A DNA stretch of 64,000 nt from Burkholderiales bacterium (GCA_020848075.1 JADLAV010000031.1:7026-71025); one strand, 5' to 3'; counted from the stretch's first letter, positions 52,377 to 61,078 are shown. Numbers and translations: made by a program. Notes: generated by a model not told the origin, from the letters alone.

Positions 52377-53054
52377 TCAGTCCCGTGCCCCGCCCGCCCG
52401 CAGCCCCGCTGCGGTGAGCGTATAGACGCGATCGGCGGTCGCCGCGGCGGCGCGCGAGTGCGTGACCAGGATGGCCGCGCCGTTGTTGCCCTTCACCGCG
52501 TCGCGCAGCAGCGCCAGCACCTGCGCGGCGCTGTCCGGATCGAGATTGCCGGTCGGCTCGTCGGCCAGCACCAGCGCCGGACGGTGGACCAGCGCGCGGG
52601 CGATCGCAACGCGCTGGAGCTCGCCGCCCGAGAGTTCGCTCGGCCGGCTGGCGGCGCGCCCGTTGAGCCCGACCTCCGAGAGCATTGCGTCGACGCGCGC
52701 GCGGCCCTCCCCGGCCGCCGCGCCGAGCAGCACCAGCGGGAGCGCGACGTTCTCGGCGACCGAGAGATAGGGCAGGATGTGAAACGCCTGGAAGACGAAA
52801 CCCATGCGGGCGCGCCGCAGTACCGTGAGCGCATCGTCGTCGAGCCGAGCGAGGTCGCGTCCCTCGAGCTCGATCGAGCCGGCATCGGGCCGGTCGAGAC
52901 CGGCAATCAGGTTCAGCAAGGTCGATTTGCCGATGCCGGACTCGCCCATCACCGCGACGTACTCGCCGGCAGCGAGATCGAAGTCGATGCCGGCGAGGAC
53001 CGTGCGTGGACGCGGGCCTTCGTAGCGCTTGGCGAGCGCGCGGATGCGGAGCAC
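52377..53054 (-). CDS. ABC transporter ATP-binding protein (LolD/MacB-like)
   Basis: Walker A GESGIGKST, signature LSGGELQR, Walker B LVLADEPTGNLD, H-loop VTHS. Confidence 0.88.
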   Translation of the reverse strand: MLRIRALAKRYEGPRPRTVLAGIDFDLAAGEYVAVMGESGIGKSTLLNLIAGLDRPDAGSIELEGRDLARLDDDALTVLRRARMGFVFQAFHILPYLSVAENVALPLVLLGAAAGEGRARVDAMLSEVGLNGRAASRPSELSGGELQRVAIARALVHRPALVLADEPTGNLDPDSAAQVLALLRDAVKGNNGAAILVTHSRAAAATADRVYTLTAAGLRAGGARD

Positions 53055-53095
53055 GGTGCAAGCTTACCCGAGCCGCGCCCGCTCGAGCCGCCCGG

Positions 53096-53812
53096 CTACA
53101 CGCCCAGATAGCGCGCGCGCAGCTCCGGCTGCGCGCGCAGCTCGGCGCTCGGCCCGTCGTAGACGGTCGCCCCTTTCACGAGGATCTGCGTGCGGTCGGC
53201 GATCGCGGAAACCGCGTTGAAATTCTTGTCGACGATCACGGTCGCGATGCCCGCCTCCTTGATGCGGCGGATGATGTTCCAGATCTCGCGCGAGATGAGG
53301 GGCGCCAGCCCCTCGGCGGCCTCGTCGAGGACGAGGATGTCCGGATTGGTCATCAGCGCGCGTCCGATCGTGAGCATCTGCTGCTCGCCGCCCGAGAGCT
53401 GTCCTCCGCCGTGGCGCATCCGCTCCGCGAGCCGCGGAAAAGTCTCGGCGACGCGCGCGAACGTCCAGTCCAGATTTCCATCCGAGCCGGGCCGCGCCGC
53501 CATCACCAGGTTCTCGCGGACGCTCAGATTCGGGAAGATCCCGCGGCCCTCGGGGACGTACGCGATTCCGGCGCGCGCGATCGCGTGCGGTGCGGCACGG
53601 GTCATGTCGCGGCCCTTCACCCTGATCTCGCCTTCGCGCGGGCGCACCAGGCCGAGCATGCTCTTCAGCAGGGTCGACTTGCCCATGCCGTTGCGGCCCA
53701 TGAGCCCGACGGTTTCTCCGCGCCGCACGCTGAAGTCCACGCCGTGCAGGATGTGGCTCGCGCCGTAGTAGGTGTGGATGCCCTTCGCCTCGATTAGGAC
53801 TTCGCTCGCCAT
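53096..53812 (-). CDS. Branched-chain-amino-acid-type (HAAT family) ABC ATPase, LivF-like
   Basis: MASEVLIEAKGIHTYYG.., Walker A GRNGMGKST, signature LSGGEQQM, LVLDEAAEGLAP. Track ORF trimmed to ATG 53812. Confidence 0.88.
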   Translation of the reverse strand: MASEVLIEAKGIHTYYGASHILHGVDFSVRRGETVGLMGRNGMGKSTLLKSMLGLVRPREGEIRVKGRDMTRAAPHAIARAGIAYVPEGRGIFPNLSVRENLVMAARPGSDGNLDWTFARVAETFPRLAERMRHGGGQLSGGEQQMLTIGRALMTNPDILVLDEAAEGLAPLISREIWNIIRRIKEAGIATVIVDKNFNAVSAIADRTQILVKGATVYDGPSAELRAQPELRARYLGV

Positions 53813-53823
53813 GGCTCGTCCGC

Positions 53824-54594
53824 TCAATGCGGCTCCTCGGCGCCGAGATAGGCTTGCTGCACCTCCGCATTCCCGCGGATCGCGGCGGGCGTCCCGCTTG
53901 CGAGGACGGTCCCGTTCACCATCACGGTGAGCACGCTCGCGACCGCGAACACCGCGTCCATGTCGTGCTCGACCAGCAGGATCGCGTGATCGGTGACGAG
54001 CTTTCGCAGCAGCTCGACGATGCGGGCGGACTCCTCCGCACCCATCCCGGCAAGCGGCTCGTCCAGCAGGAGCAGGCTCGGCCCGGTGGCGAGCGTCATC
54101 GCGATCTCCACCTGCCGCTGCTCGCCGTGCGACAGCGCGGCGACCGGCACGCCCTCGCGTCCCCGCAACCCGGCCTGCGCGAGCGCGCGCTCGGCCGCCT
54201 CGTTCACCTCCCGGTACGTCCGCGCGGAGCGAAGGAAGCGCATGGACGTCGGCAGCCGGGACTGCGCCGCGAGCCGTGCGTTCTCGAACGCCGTGAACGG
54301 CAGGAACACGTTGGTCTTCTGGTAGCTGCGGCCGACGCCGAGCCGCGAGATCTGGTCGGGCCGCAGGCCCGTGATCTCCCGGTCGCGCAGAAAGACGCGG
54401 CCGCCGGAGGGCGCAAGATCGCCGGAGAGCAGGTTGATCAGCGTGGTCTTGCCGGCGCCGTTCGGTCCGATCACGGCGTGCACCTCGCCCATGCGGCACT
54501 CGATGCTGACCCTGTCCACGGCCGCGAGCCCGCCGAAGCGGCGCGACAGCGCCTCGGTGCTGAGCACGCTCTCGCGAGCGCCGGGCTCAGCCAT
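53824..54594 (-). CDS. HAAT-family ABC ATPase, LivG-like
   Basis: Walker A GPNGAGKTT, signature LSHGEQRQ, LLLLDEPLAGM. The start overlaps the LivM-like gene by 8 nt. Confidence 0.88.
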   Translation of the reverse strand: MAEPGARESVLSTEALSRRFGGLAAVDRVSIECRMGEVHAVIGPNGAGKTTLINLLSGDLAPSGGRVFLRDREITGLRPDQISRLGVGRSYQKTNVFLPFTAFENARLAAQSRLPTSMRFLRSARTYREVNEAAERALAQAGLRGREGVPVAALSHGEQRQVEIAMTLATGPSLLLLDEPLAGMGAEESARIVELLRKLVTDHAILLVEHDMDAVFAVASVLTVMVNGTVLASGTPAAIRGNAEVQQAYLGAEEPH

Positions 54595-55549
54595 GCGGAT
54601 CCTCGCGGGCGCCGCGCCTGGACACGATCCCGATCAGCCCATGCGGCAGCACGAGTACGACCAGCACGATGAATCCGCCCATCAGGAGCAGCCAGTGTTC
54701 GCTGATCCCCTGGAACACGAGCTCGAGGACCATCATCGCGGCGGCACCGATCACCGGGCCGACGAGGGTTCCCATGCCGCCGAGGATGAGCATCATGAGC
54801 CCGGAAGCCGACAGGTGGAACCCGAGCATGTCCGGGTTGACGACGCCGAACTGCACTGCCGCCAGATAACCCGCGAGCCCGGCGAGCGTGCCGGCGAGCA
54901 CGAAGCAGGCGAGCTTGTAGCGGAACGTGTGGTACCCGAGCGAGCGCATGCGCTGCTCGTTCACGCGGATGCCCACGATCACTCTGCCGAACGGCGAATC
55001 GAGGATGTTGCGCAGCACGGCGTACACGCCGAGCGTGGCGACGAGGACGACGAAGTAGAAATGGGTGAATTTCTCGAAATCGAACGGCAGCCATCCGAAG
55101 ATCGTCGCGACCGGGCGCACGTAGATGTAGATCCCGTCGGAGCCCCCCGCGATGCTCGTGTCGTGAAAGACGTGGAACAGCATCTCGCCGAAGGCGAGCG
55201 TGGCCATGATGAAGTAGATCCCCGAGGTGCGCAAGACCATGGTGCCGATGACGAGCGCGAGCAGCGCGCTGCCCGCGAGCGCGATCGGCAGCGAGGTCCA
55301 CAGGCTGGCGGCCTCGTACTGCGGCGTGATGAGCGCGAGCAGGTAGCCCGCGAATCCGTAGAAGGCGGCGTGCCCGAGGCTGGCAAGCCCGGTGTAGCCG
55401 ACCAGCAGGTCGAGGCTCATGACGAAGATCGCCAGGATCAACACCTTGGTGGCGAGCTGGACGTAGAACTTGTCGGCGACGAACGGCAGGGCGACGAGCG
55501 CCACGGCGAGGGCGCCGAGCACGGCCAGCCGCACGCCGCGACTCGCCAC
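54587..55549 (-). CDS. HAAT-family ABC permease, LivM-like
   Basis: 320-aa polytopic protein with the LGHAAFYGFGAY motif typical of LivM. Confidence 0.85.
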   Translation of the reverse strand: MASRGVRLAVLGALAVALVALPFVADKFYVQLATKVLILAIFVMSLDLLVGYTGLASLGHAAFYGFAGYLLALITPQYEAASLWTSLPIALAGSALLALVIGTMVLRTSGIYFIMATLAFGEMLFHVFHDTSIAGGSDGIYIYVRPVATIFGWLPFDFEKFTHFYFVVLVATLGVYAVLRNILDSPFGRVIVGIRVNEQRMRSLGYHTFRYKLACFVLAGTLAGLAGYLAAVQFGVVNPDMLGFHLSASGLMMLILGGMGTLVGPVIGAAAMMVLELVFQGISEHWLLLMGGFIVLVVLVLPHGLIGIVSRRGAREDPHG

Positions 55550-55550
55550 C

Positions 55551-56447
55551 TCAGAGCCTCTTGCCGAAGATGCCCTCCGGCCGCCACAGCAGCACGACGG
55601 CCATCAGGAGATAGATGGTCGTTCCCGCGAGCTCCGGGAGCACCCGGAAGCCGCCGATATCGACCTCGACGACTTTGCCGAAGGTGTCCACCAGCCCGAT
55701 GAGGATGGCGCCGGCCATCGCACCCTTGATGGACCCGATCCCGCCGATCACCACGACCACGAAACAGATGATCAGCACCTGGTTGCCCATGCCGGGGAAC
55801 ACCGAGGACACCGGCGCCGCGATCATCCCGGCAAATGCGGCGAGCGCGACGCCGAGCGCGAAGATCACCCGGTACACGAGCTGGATGTTGATCCCGAGGG
55901 ACTGCACCATCTCGCGGTTCGCCGCGCCGGCGCGAATCATCATGCCGAGGCGCGTACGCTGGATGAGGAGATACATGAGCACCGCGAGCACCAGGCACAC
56001 CGCCGAGATCCACAACCGGTAGACCGGGTAGGCGAGCGTGTCGGTGAGCCGGATCGACGCGCCGAGCCACTCGGGAATGGCGACGCCGTGCACGTCATTG
56101 CCCCAGATCACGCCGCGCAGCTCCTCGAAGACCAGGATCAGGCCGTAGGTCAGCAGCACCTGATAGAGATGGTCGCGGTGGTAGAGCTTGTTGATCAGGA
56201 GCCACTCGAGCGCCATGCCGATCAACACGGTGAGGACGACCCCCGCGAGAATCGCGAGCGCCAGGCTGCCGAGGTGCTGCGACAGCGACCAGGCCAGATA
56301 GGCCCCGATCATGTAGAAGCTGCCGTGCGCGAGATTGATGATGCCCATGATGCCGAACACCAGCGTCAGGCCGCTCGCGACGAGAAAGAGCAGCAGCCCG
56401 TACTGAACGCCGTTCAGCACCTGGATGAGAAACGTGTCGAGCTCCAT
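55551..56447 (-). CDS. HAAT-family ABC permease, LivH-like
   Basis: 298 aa, ..GLTLVFGIMGIINLAHGSFYMIGAY.., the LivH hallmark. Confidence 0.85.
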   Translation of the reverse strand: MELDTFLIQVLNGVQYGLLLFLVASGLTLVFGIMGIINLAHGSFYMIGAYLAWSLSQHLGSLALAILAGVVLTVLIGMALEWLLINKLYHRDHLYQVLLTYGLILVFEELRGVIWGNDVHGVAIPEWLGASIRLTDTLAYPVYRLWISAVCLVLAVLMYLLIQRTRLGMMIRAGAANREMVQSLGINIQLVYRVIFALGVALAAFAGMIAAPVSSVFPGMGNQVLIICFVVVVIGGIGSIKGAMAGAILIGLVDTFGKVVEVDIGGFRVLPELAGTTIYLLMAVVLLWRPEGIFGKRL

Positions 56448-56451
56448 GGCT

Positions 56452-56487
56452 CAGAAAAACGGGCCGACGCCCCGCCGGGGGTCGGCC
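56452..56487 (-). terminator. Rho-independent terminator/attenuator between the binding-protein gene and the permease genes
   Basis: Minus strand: GGGCCGAC-CCCCGGCGGGGC-GTCGGCCC followed by GTTTTTCTG. An 8-bp GC stem plus a T-run, 20 nt after the SBP stop. Confidence 0.7.
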
Positions 56488-56506
56488 CGCGCCGGTGCGA
56501 ACCGGA

Positions 56507-57724
56507 TCAGGCCATCTTGCAGAGGCTCGCCGGCGGATAGTCGAGCGCCTTCGCCGCGACCCCGATCACCTTGTTCTCCGTGCCCACCACCTTCCGCAGG
56601 TAGAGGTCCTGCACCGGATTGTGGGCCTTGGACATGCGCCAGCGGCCGCGCGGGCTGTCGATCTCGGCTTTCTCCATCGCGGCGATCATTCCCTTCGTGT
56701 TCGCGACGTCCCCCTTGACCGCCTTCAACCCCGCGGCGAGGAGCACCGCGGCGTCGTAGCCCTGCACCGCGTACACGTCGGGCTGGAGCTTGTAGGTCTT
56801 CGCGTAGCTGAGGCGGAACGCCTGGTTCTTCGCGGTCTCGATGCCCTCGCCGTAGTGCAGCGTCGTCTCGATGCCCTCGGCCGCAGCTGCGACGCCGGGC
56901 ACCTCGAGCACGCCGTCGGTCAGGAACCCGGCGCCATAGAGCGGAATCTTCCCCTTGAGCCCGGCGGCCTGGTAATCCCGGAGAAACTTCGCGGCGCCGC
57001 CCCCGGCGAAGAAGACATAGACCGCGTCCGGCTTGAGCGACGCGATCTCGGTGAGCAGCGACTGGAACTCGACGTTCGGGAAGGGAAGCGTGAGATCCCG
57101 CACGATCTTCCCACCCCCCTTCGCGAACGCGTCCTTGAACCCGTTGACGCTCTCCTCGCCCGCCGCATACTTCCAAGTGAGGGTCACCGCATTCTTCACG
57201 CGCCGCTCGGCGAGCACCTTCCCCATCGGATACCCGACCTGCCCGTTCGCAAACGAGGTGCGGAACATGTTCGGCGCGCACAGCGTGGTCGTCATCGCGT
57301 TCAGGCCCGCGTTGGGGGAGATATGCAGCACGCCGGTCTCGCGCACGATCTTGATGATGCCGGCCTGCACACCCGAGTGCACGGTGCCGACCAGGACGTC
57401 GACCTTGTCGCCGGTGACGAGCTTGTTCGCGTTGTCCGTCGCCTTGGCCGGGTTCGACTCGTCGTCGAGCTTGACGTACTCGATCTCGCGCCCGGCAATC
57501 TTCCCGCCGCTCTCCTCGATCGCCATCCTGAATCCGTTCTCGATCGCGATTCCGAGCTGGGCGTAGGTTCCGCTGTAGGGCAGCATCAGCCCGACCTTCA
57601 CCTTCTGCGCCTGCGCGCGGACGATCGCCGGCGCGAGCGCACCGAGCGCCGCTGCGCTGCCCAGCACCGCCGCGTCCTGCAGGAACTTGCGTCGACCGCC
57701 GCTGCGGAAATTTCCTTCTTTCAT
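56507..57724 (-). CDS. Periplasmic substrate-binding protein, Leu/Ile/Val-binding (LivJ/K-like, Peripla_BP_6) type with Tat-like signal; likely aromatic-acid (benzoate) uptake given context
   Basis: MKEGNFRSGGRRKFLQDAAVLGSAAALGALAPAIVRAQA (twin-Arg signal), then KVKVGLMLPYSGTYAQLG.. typical of type I PBPs. Track ORF trimmed to ATG 57724. The substrate is a context-based inference. Confidence 0.8.
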   Translation of the reverse strand: MKEGNFRSGGRRKFLQDAAVLGSAAALGALAPAIVRAQAQKVKVGLMLPYSGTYAQLGIAIENGFRMAIEESGGKIAGREIEYVKLDDESNPAKATDNANKLVTGDKVDVLVGTVHSGVQAGIIKIVRETGVLHISPNAGLNAMTTTLCAPNMFRTSFANGQVGYPMGKVLAERRVKNAVTLTWKYAAGEESVNGFKDAFAKGGGKIVRDLTLPFPNVEFQSLLTEIASLKPDAVYVFFAGGGAAKFLRDYQAAGLKGKIPLYGAGFLTDGVLEVPGVAAAAEGIETTLHYGEGIETAKNQAFRLSYAKTYKLQPDVYAVQGYDAAVLLAAGLKAVKGDVANTKGMIAAMEKAEIDSPRGRWRMSKAHNPVQDLYLRKVVGTENKVIGVAAKALDYPPASLCKMA

Positions 57725-57771
57725 GCTTCCCTCCGTGGACATCGTGGTTGTGACGCGCAATCGCGCTGGGA

Positions 57772-59373
57772 CTACCTGCGCGCGCTCTCCTCGCGTGCGC
57801 GCAGCTTGAAGCGCTGGATCTTGCCGGTGGCCGTCTTCGGCAGCTCCGGGACGAACTCCACCCAGCGCGGATACTTGTAGGGCGCCAGGCGGTCCTTGAC
57901 GTGCTGCTTGAGCCGGTCGCCGAGCTCGGCCGAGGCCTTCACCCCGGGCTTGGCAACGACGTACGCCTTCGGCTTGACGAGCTCCTGCTCGTCCGGCACC
58001 CCGATCACCGCCGCCTCGAGCACGTCCGGGTGCGTGAGCAGCGCCGCCTCGACCTCGAACGGGGACACGTAGATGCCGCTCACCTTCAGCATGTCGTCGG
58101 ACCGGCCGCCGTAAGTGTAGTAGCCGTCCGCGTCGACCGTGTACTTGTCGCCGCTGCGCGTCCACGCCCCCATGAACGTGTCGCGTGAGCCGGCCCGGTT
58201 GTTCCAGTACATCGCGGCCGCCGTGGGTCCCTTGATCTGCAACTCGCCGAGCTCGCCGGTCTTCGCCGGATCGCCGTGCTCGTCGATGAGCCGCAACTCG
58301 TACCCGGGCACCGGCTTACCGGTGGTGCCGTAGCGCACCTCGCCCGGCCGGTTCGAGAGGAAGATGTGCAGCATCTCGGTCGAGCCGATTCCATCCAGGA
58401 TCTCGACGCCGAAATGTTCGGTCCAGCGCTTGCCGATGTCGGCCGGCAGCGCCTCGCCCGCGGACGTACAGACCCGCATGGCAACCTCGGCGCGCGTCGG
58501 CAGGGCGGGGCTCGCGAGCAGCGCGCCAAACAGCGTCGGCACGCCGTAGAAGATCGTCGGCTGGTGCTCCTTCAGCCGCTTGAAGACCGCGTCGGGTGCC
58601 GGCCGTTCGGCCATCAGGACGGTCGTTGCGCCTACCGCGAGGGGGAACGACAGTCCGTTCCCGAGCCCGTAGGCGAAGAAGAGCTTGGCGGCCGAGAACA
58701 CTACGTCGCTCTCGCGGATGCCGAGGATCGGCCGCGCGTAGAGCTCGGCGGTCTGGATCGGGCTCGAGTGGACGTGCACCGTGCCCTTGGGCGTGCCGGT
58801 CGAGCCCGACGAGTAGAGCCAGAAGCACGGGTCATCCCTCGTCGTCGCGGCCGGCGCAAAGCGCGTGCCCGCCTCGGCCGTCAGCGCCTGCAGCGAAAGA
58901 TGCTGCCCGGGATTCTTGCCCGAGACGATGACGTGCTTAAGGAACGGCGAGGCCTTGATCGCAGGCTCGAGCGCCGGCAGCAGCTGCTCGGACACGATGA
59001 GCGCCCGCGCCCGGCTGTCCTTCAGCATGAAATCGTAGTCGGCCGGCGTGAGCAGCGTGTTCGCCGCGACCGGCACGATGCCGGCCTTGATCGCGCCGAG
59101 GAAGGCGCTCGGCCAGTCGATCGTGTCGAGATGCACCAGCATGACGCGGTGCTCCATCTCGAGGCCGAGCGAAGCGAGCGCGTTCGCCGCGCGATTCACG
59201 CGTTCCGCGAGCTCGGCGTAGGAATAGCGGCCCGCGTCGTCGATGTACGCGATCTTCGCGCCGCGACCGGCAGCGAGGTTGCGCTCGACGAGATCGTGGG
59301 CGGCGTTGTAGTCGCGCGGAATGGCGACCGACGGCGGGCTCGCGCCGCGGTCGGCCGTGCTCAGGCTCGGCAC
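57772..59373 (-). CDS. bclA: Benzoate-CoA ligase family protein
   Basis: 533 aa. ..PRDYNAAHDLVERNLAAGRGAKIAYIDD.. matches the N-terminus of benzoate/4-hydroxybenzoate-CoA ligases. AMP motif YSSGSTGTPKG; C-terminal LPKTATGKIQRF. It sits in the box locus. Confidence 0.8.
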   Translation of the reverse strand: MPSLSTADRGASPPSVAIPRDYNAAHDLVERNLAAGRGAKIAYIDDAGRYSYAELAERVNRAANALASLGLEMEHRVMLVHLDTIDWPSAFLGAIKAGIVPVAANTLLTPADYDFMLKDSRARALIVSEQLLPALEPAIKASPFLKHVIVSGKNPGQHLSLQALTAEAGTRFAPAATTRDDPCFWLYSSGSTGTPKGTVHVHSSPIQTAELYARPILGIRESDVVFSAAKLFFAYGLGNGLSFPLAVGATTVLMAERPAPDAVFKRLKEHQPTIFYGVPTLFGALLASPALPTRAEVAMRVCTSAGEALPADIGKRWTEHFGVEILDGIGSTEMLHIFLSNRPGEVRYGTTGKPVPGYELRLIDEHGDPAKTGELGELQIKGPTAAAMYWNNRAGSRDTFMGAWTRSGDKYTVDADGYYTYGGRSDDMLKVSGIYVSPFEVEAALLTHPDVLEAAVIGVPDEQELVKPKAYVVAKPGVKASAELGDRLKQHVKDRLAPYKYPRWVEFVPELPKTATGKIQRFKLRAREESARR

Positions 59374-59427
59374 GCTTTCCCCTCCTCTGTCGATGCAGCG
59401 TCCGCCACGCGCTCCGACGCGGACCGC

Positions 59428-59895
59428 TCAGGTCCGCGTGAACTCGATCGCGCCCCCGGGCAGAAGATACAGCACGATGGCCCTTCCGTCCGTGACGGTC
59501 GGGTGGTGCGCGGTGCCGGGCCCGTACACCAGCCACCCCGCCCCGCGACCGTCGAACTTCGCGGCTGCGCTCACCGGCATGATCAGGTCGATCTCGCCGT
59601 TCGGATGGCGGTGGTGCGGACCCTTCACGCTCTCCATCTCCACCACATCCAGGCTGCAGCCGGCGAGCTCGGGCAACGGCCCCACCACTCTGCCGTATTT
59701 TATGCCCGCGGCCTCGCGGTTGCACATCCAGCCGGCCGCAATCGCCTCGCGGCATGCCCGCCCCATCGCGCGCACCGCTTCCCCGTCGCCGGGAAACTCG
59801 CGGTTCAGCTCGGCTTCGAGGGCTTGGTCGAGCGTCTTGCCGCGGATGCGGCCCGCCACCGGGTGCAGGAGCGCCTGGAATTCCTGTGGTGTCAC
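59428..59895 (-). CDS. DUF4863-like small protein with cupin-type HxHxxxE motif (paralog A)
   Basis: GTG start at 59895 with GAGGAGAA upstream. VTPQEFQALLHPVAGRIRGKTLDQALEAELNREFP..GPHHRHPNGEIDLIMPV..GWLVYGPGTAHHPTV.. The family name is from memory (proteins of this type are often annotated 4-hydroxylaminobenzoate lyase-like). About half its residues are identical to the neighbouring paralog by eye. Confidence 0.6.
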   Translation of the reverse strand: MTPQEFQALLHPVAGRIRGKTLDQALEAELNREFPGDGEAVRAMGRACREAIAAGWMCNREAAGIKYGRVVGPLPELAGCSLDVVEMESVKGPHHRHPNGEIDLIMPVSAAAKFDGRGAGWLVYGPGTAHHPTVTDGRAIVLYLLPGGAIEFTRT

Positions 59896-59927
59896 ATCCG
59901 TTCTCCTCGAATCCCTCGTGTGCCGCC

Positions 59928-60398
59928 TCAGGCCGGCGCGGTCCACTCGATGCGCCCTTGCGGAAGCAGGTACAGCACGAGCGCACGGCCTCCCGCCACC
60001 GTCGGACGGTGTCCCGACTCCGGCGCGTAGACCAGCCAGCCGCGCCCGTGCCCGTCGAACTGGGCCCCCGGCGTCACCGGCATGATCATGTCGATCTCGC
60101 CCGTCGGATGGACGTGATGATTTCCGACGAGATCGGTGATGTCCACCACGTCGACGCTGAACCCGGCGAGCGCGTCCGCTGGCTCGAAGATCCGGCCGAA
60201 CCGGCGCACCGCATCGCCCTCGCGGCACATCCAGCCCGCCGCGATCGCCGCGTGGCACGCCCGCTCGATCGCGCGGAACGCCACCCCCTCCGGCGGATAC
60301 GCGCGGTTCAGCTCGGCCTCCAGCGCTCGGTCGAGCGGCCGCCCCGCGATGTGCCGCGTCACCGGCGCCACCAGCGCGTGAAATTCACTCTGCATCAT
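59928..60398 (-). CDS. DUF4863-like small protein with cupin-type HxHxxxE motif (paralog B)
   Basis: MMQSEFHALVAPVTRHIAGRPLDRALEAELNRAYP..GNHHVHPTGEIDMIMPV..GWLVYAPESGHRPTV.. GGAGG lies upstream of ATG 60398. Collinear with paralog A. Confidence 0.6.
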   Translation of the reverse strand: MMQSEFHALVAPVTRHIAGRPLDRALEAELNRAYPPEGVAFRAIERACHAAIAAGWMCREGDAVRRFGRIFEPADALAGFSVDVVDITDLVGNHHVHPTGEIDMIMPVTPGAQFDGHGRGWLVYAPESGHRPTVAGGRALVLYLLPQGRIEWTAPA

Positions 60399-60417
60399 GC
60401 CCCCCTCCCCGTCGTCG

Positions 60418-60888
60418 TCACGCCGCGACCTCCGCCTGGCTGCGAGCGAGCGCGATCCATCCTCCGATCCACGCCTCGGCGACCTCCTCCGGCATCGTGC
60501 CGGCACTCGCGTCGTGGCACAAGATCTCGCCGATTCGCCGCGCACCGAGCGCCGAGAGGATCGCATCGAAGCGCTTGCCGCCGTTGCAGAACGTGTCGGC
60601 GTACGTACGGTCCCCCAACGCGATCACGCCGTACCGCACGTCGGCGATACGCGGGCGCTCGTCCTGCAGCGACGCATAGAGGTGCTTGGCGTTGTCCGGG
60701 ACATCGCCCTGACCATAGGTCGAGGTGCAGACGAGGAAGGTGCCGCCACCGGCGAACACTTCGGCCGCTAGCCCGTCCATCGGGCGCACGGTCACGCGCA
60801 CGTCCGTGTCTTCGAGCGCGAGCTCCAGTGCCTGCGCGACCAGCTGCGCGGTTCCGGTCATCGTGCCCACCAGGATCGTCAGATCCAA
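60418..60888 (-). CDS. Flavodoxin-domain protein (MioC-like, short-chain)
   Basis: LDLTILVGTMTGTAQLVAQAL.. (FMN phosphate-binding loop T-M-T-G-T), ..FLVCTSTYGQGDVPDN.., ..YGVIALGDRTY.. TTG start at 60888 is preceded by GGGAGGAGGG; the track start at 60990 is too long. Confidence 0.7.
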   Translation of the reverse strand: MDLTILVGTMTGTAQLVAQALELALEDTDVRVTVRPMDGLAAEVFAGGGTFLVCTSTYGQGDVPDNAKHLYASLQDERPRIADVRYGVIALGDRTYADTFCNGGKRFDAILSALGARRIGEILCHDASAGTMPEEVAEAWIGGWIALARSQAEVAA

Positions 60889-60934
60889 AGCCCTCCTCCC
60901 TGCCCGAGCGCGCCGCGAGGCCGAGCGATCAGGC

Positions 60935-60990
60935 ATGCTTGCAATCGATGTCTGATGCATTATAATGCACGCAGTCCCGCACGCAAGCAT
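60935..60990. promoter_or_regulatory. 56-bp dyad-symmetric bidirectional promoter/operator: ATGCTTGC ... TGCATTATAATGCA ... GCAAGCAT
   Basis: Perfect 14-bp palindrome at 60956-60969 holding a TATAAT on each strand. Plus-strand promoter: TTGCAA (60939-60944), 16 nt, TATAAT (60961-60966), toward boxR. Minus-strand promoter: TTGCGT (60986-60981), 16 nt, TATAAT (60964-60959), toward the flavodoxin gene. The outer 8-mers are both 24 bp from the dyad centre. Confidence 0.6.
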
Positions 60991-61078
60991 TATAGTTCAG
61001 ATGATCGGGTGGTCGTGTGTTTCAGCTATTCATTTGAAACCCGGTTGATTCGCGTCAGTTCACGTCGACCTCGACCGT

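Noticed and set aside
49572-53111. 1179-aa plus-strand and 1075-aa minus-strand (49834..53061) ORFs over the FtsX permease/ATPase genes
   Set aside because: Both are R/G/A/P/D-rich without motifs. The third frame (49848..52370 and 52377..53054) gives clean FtsX TM blocks and Walker/ABC signature motifs.
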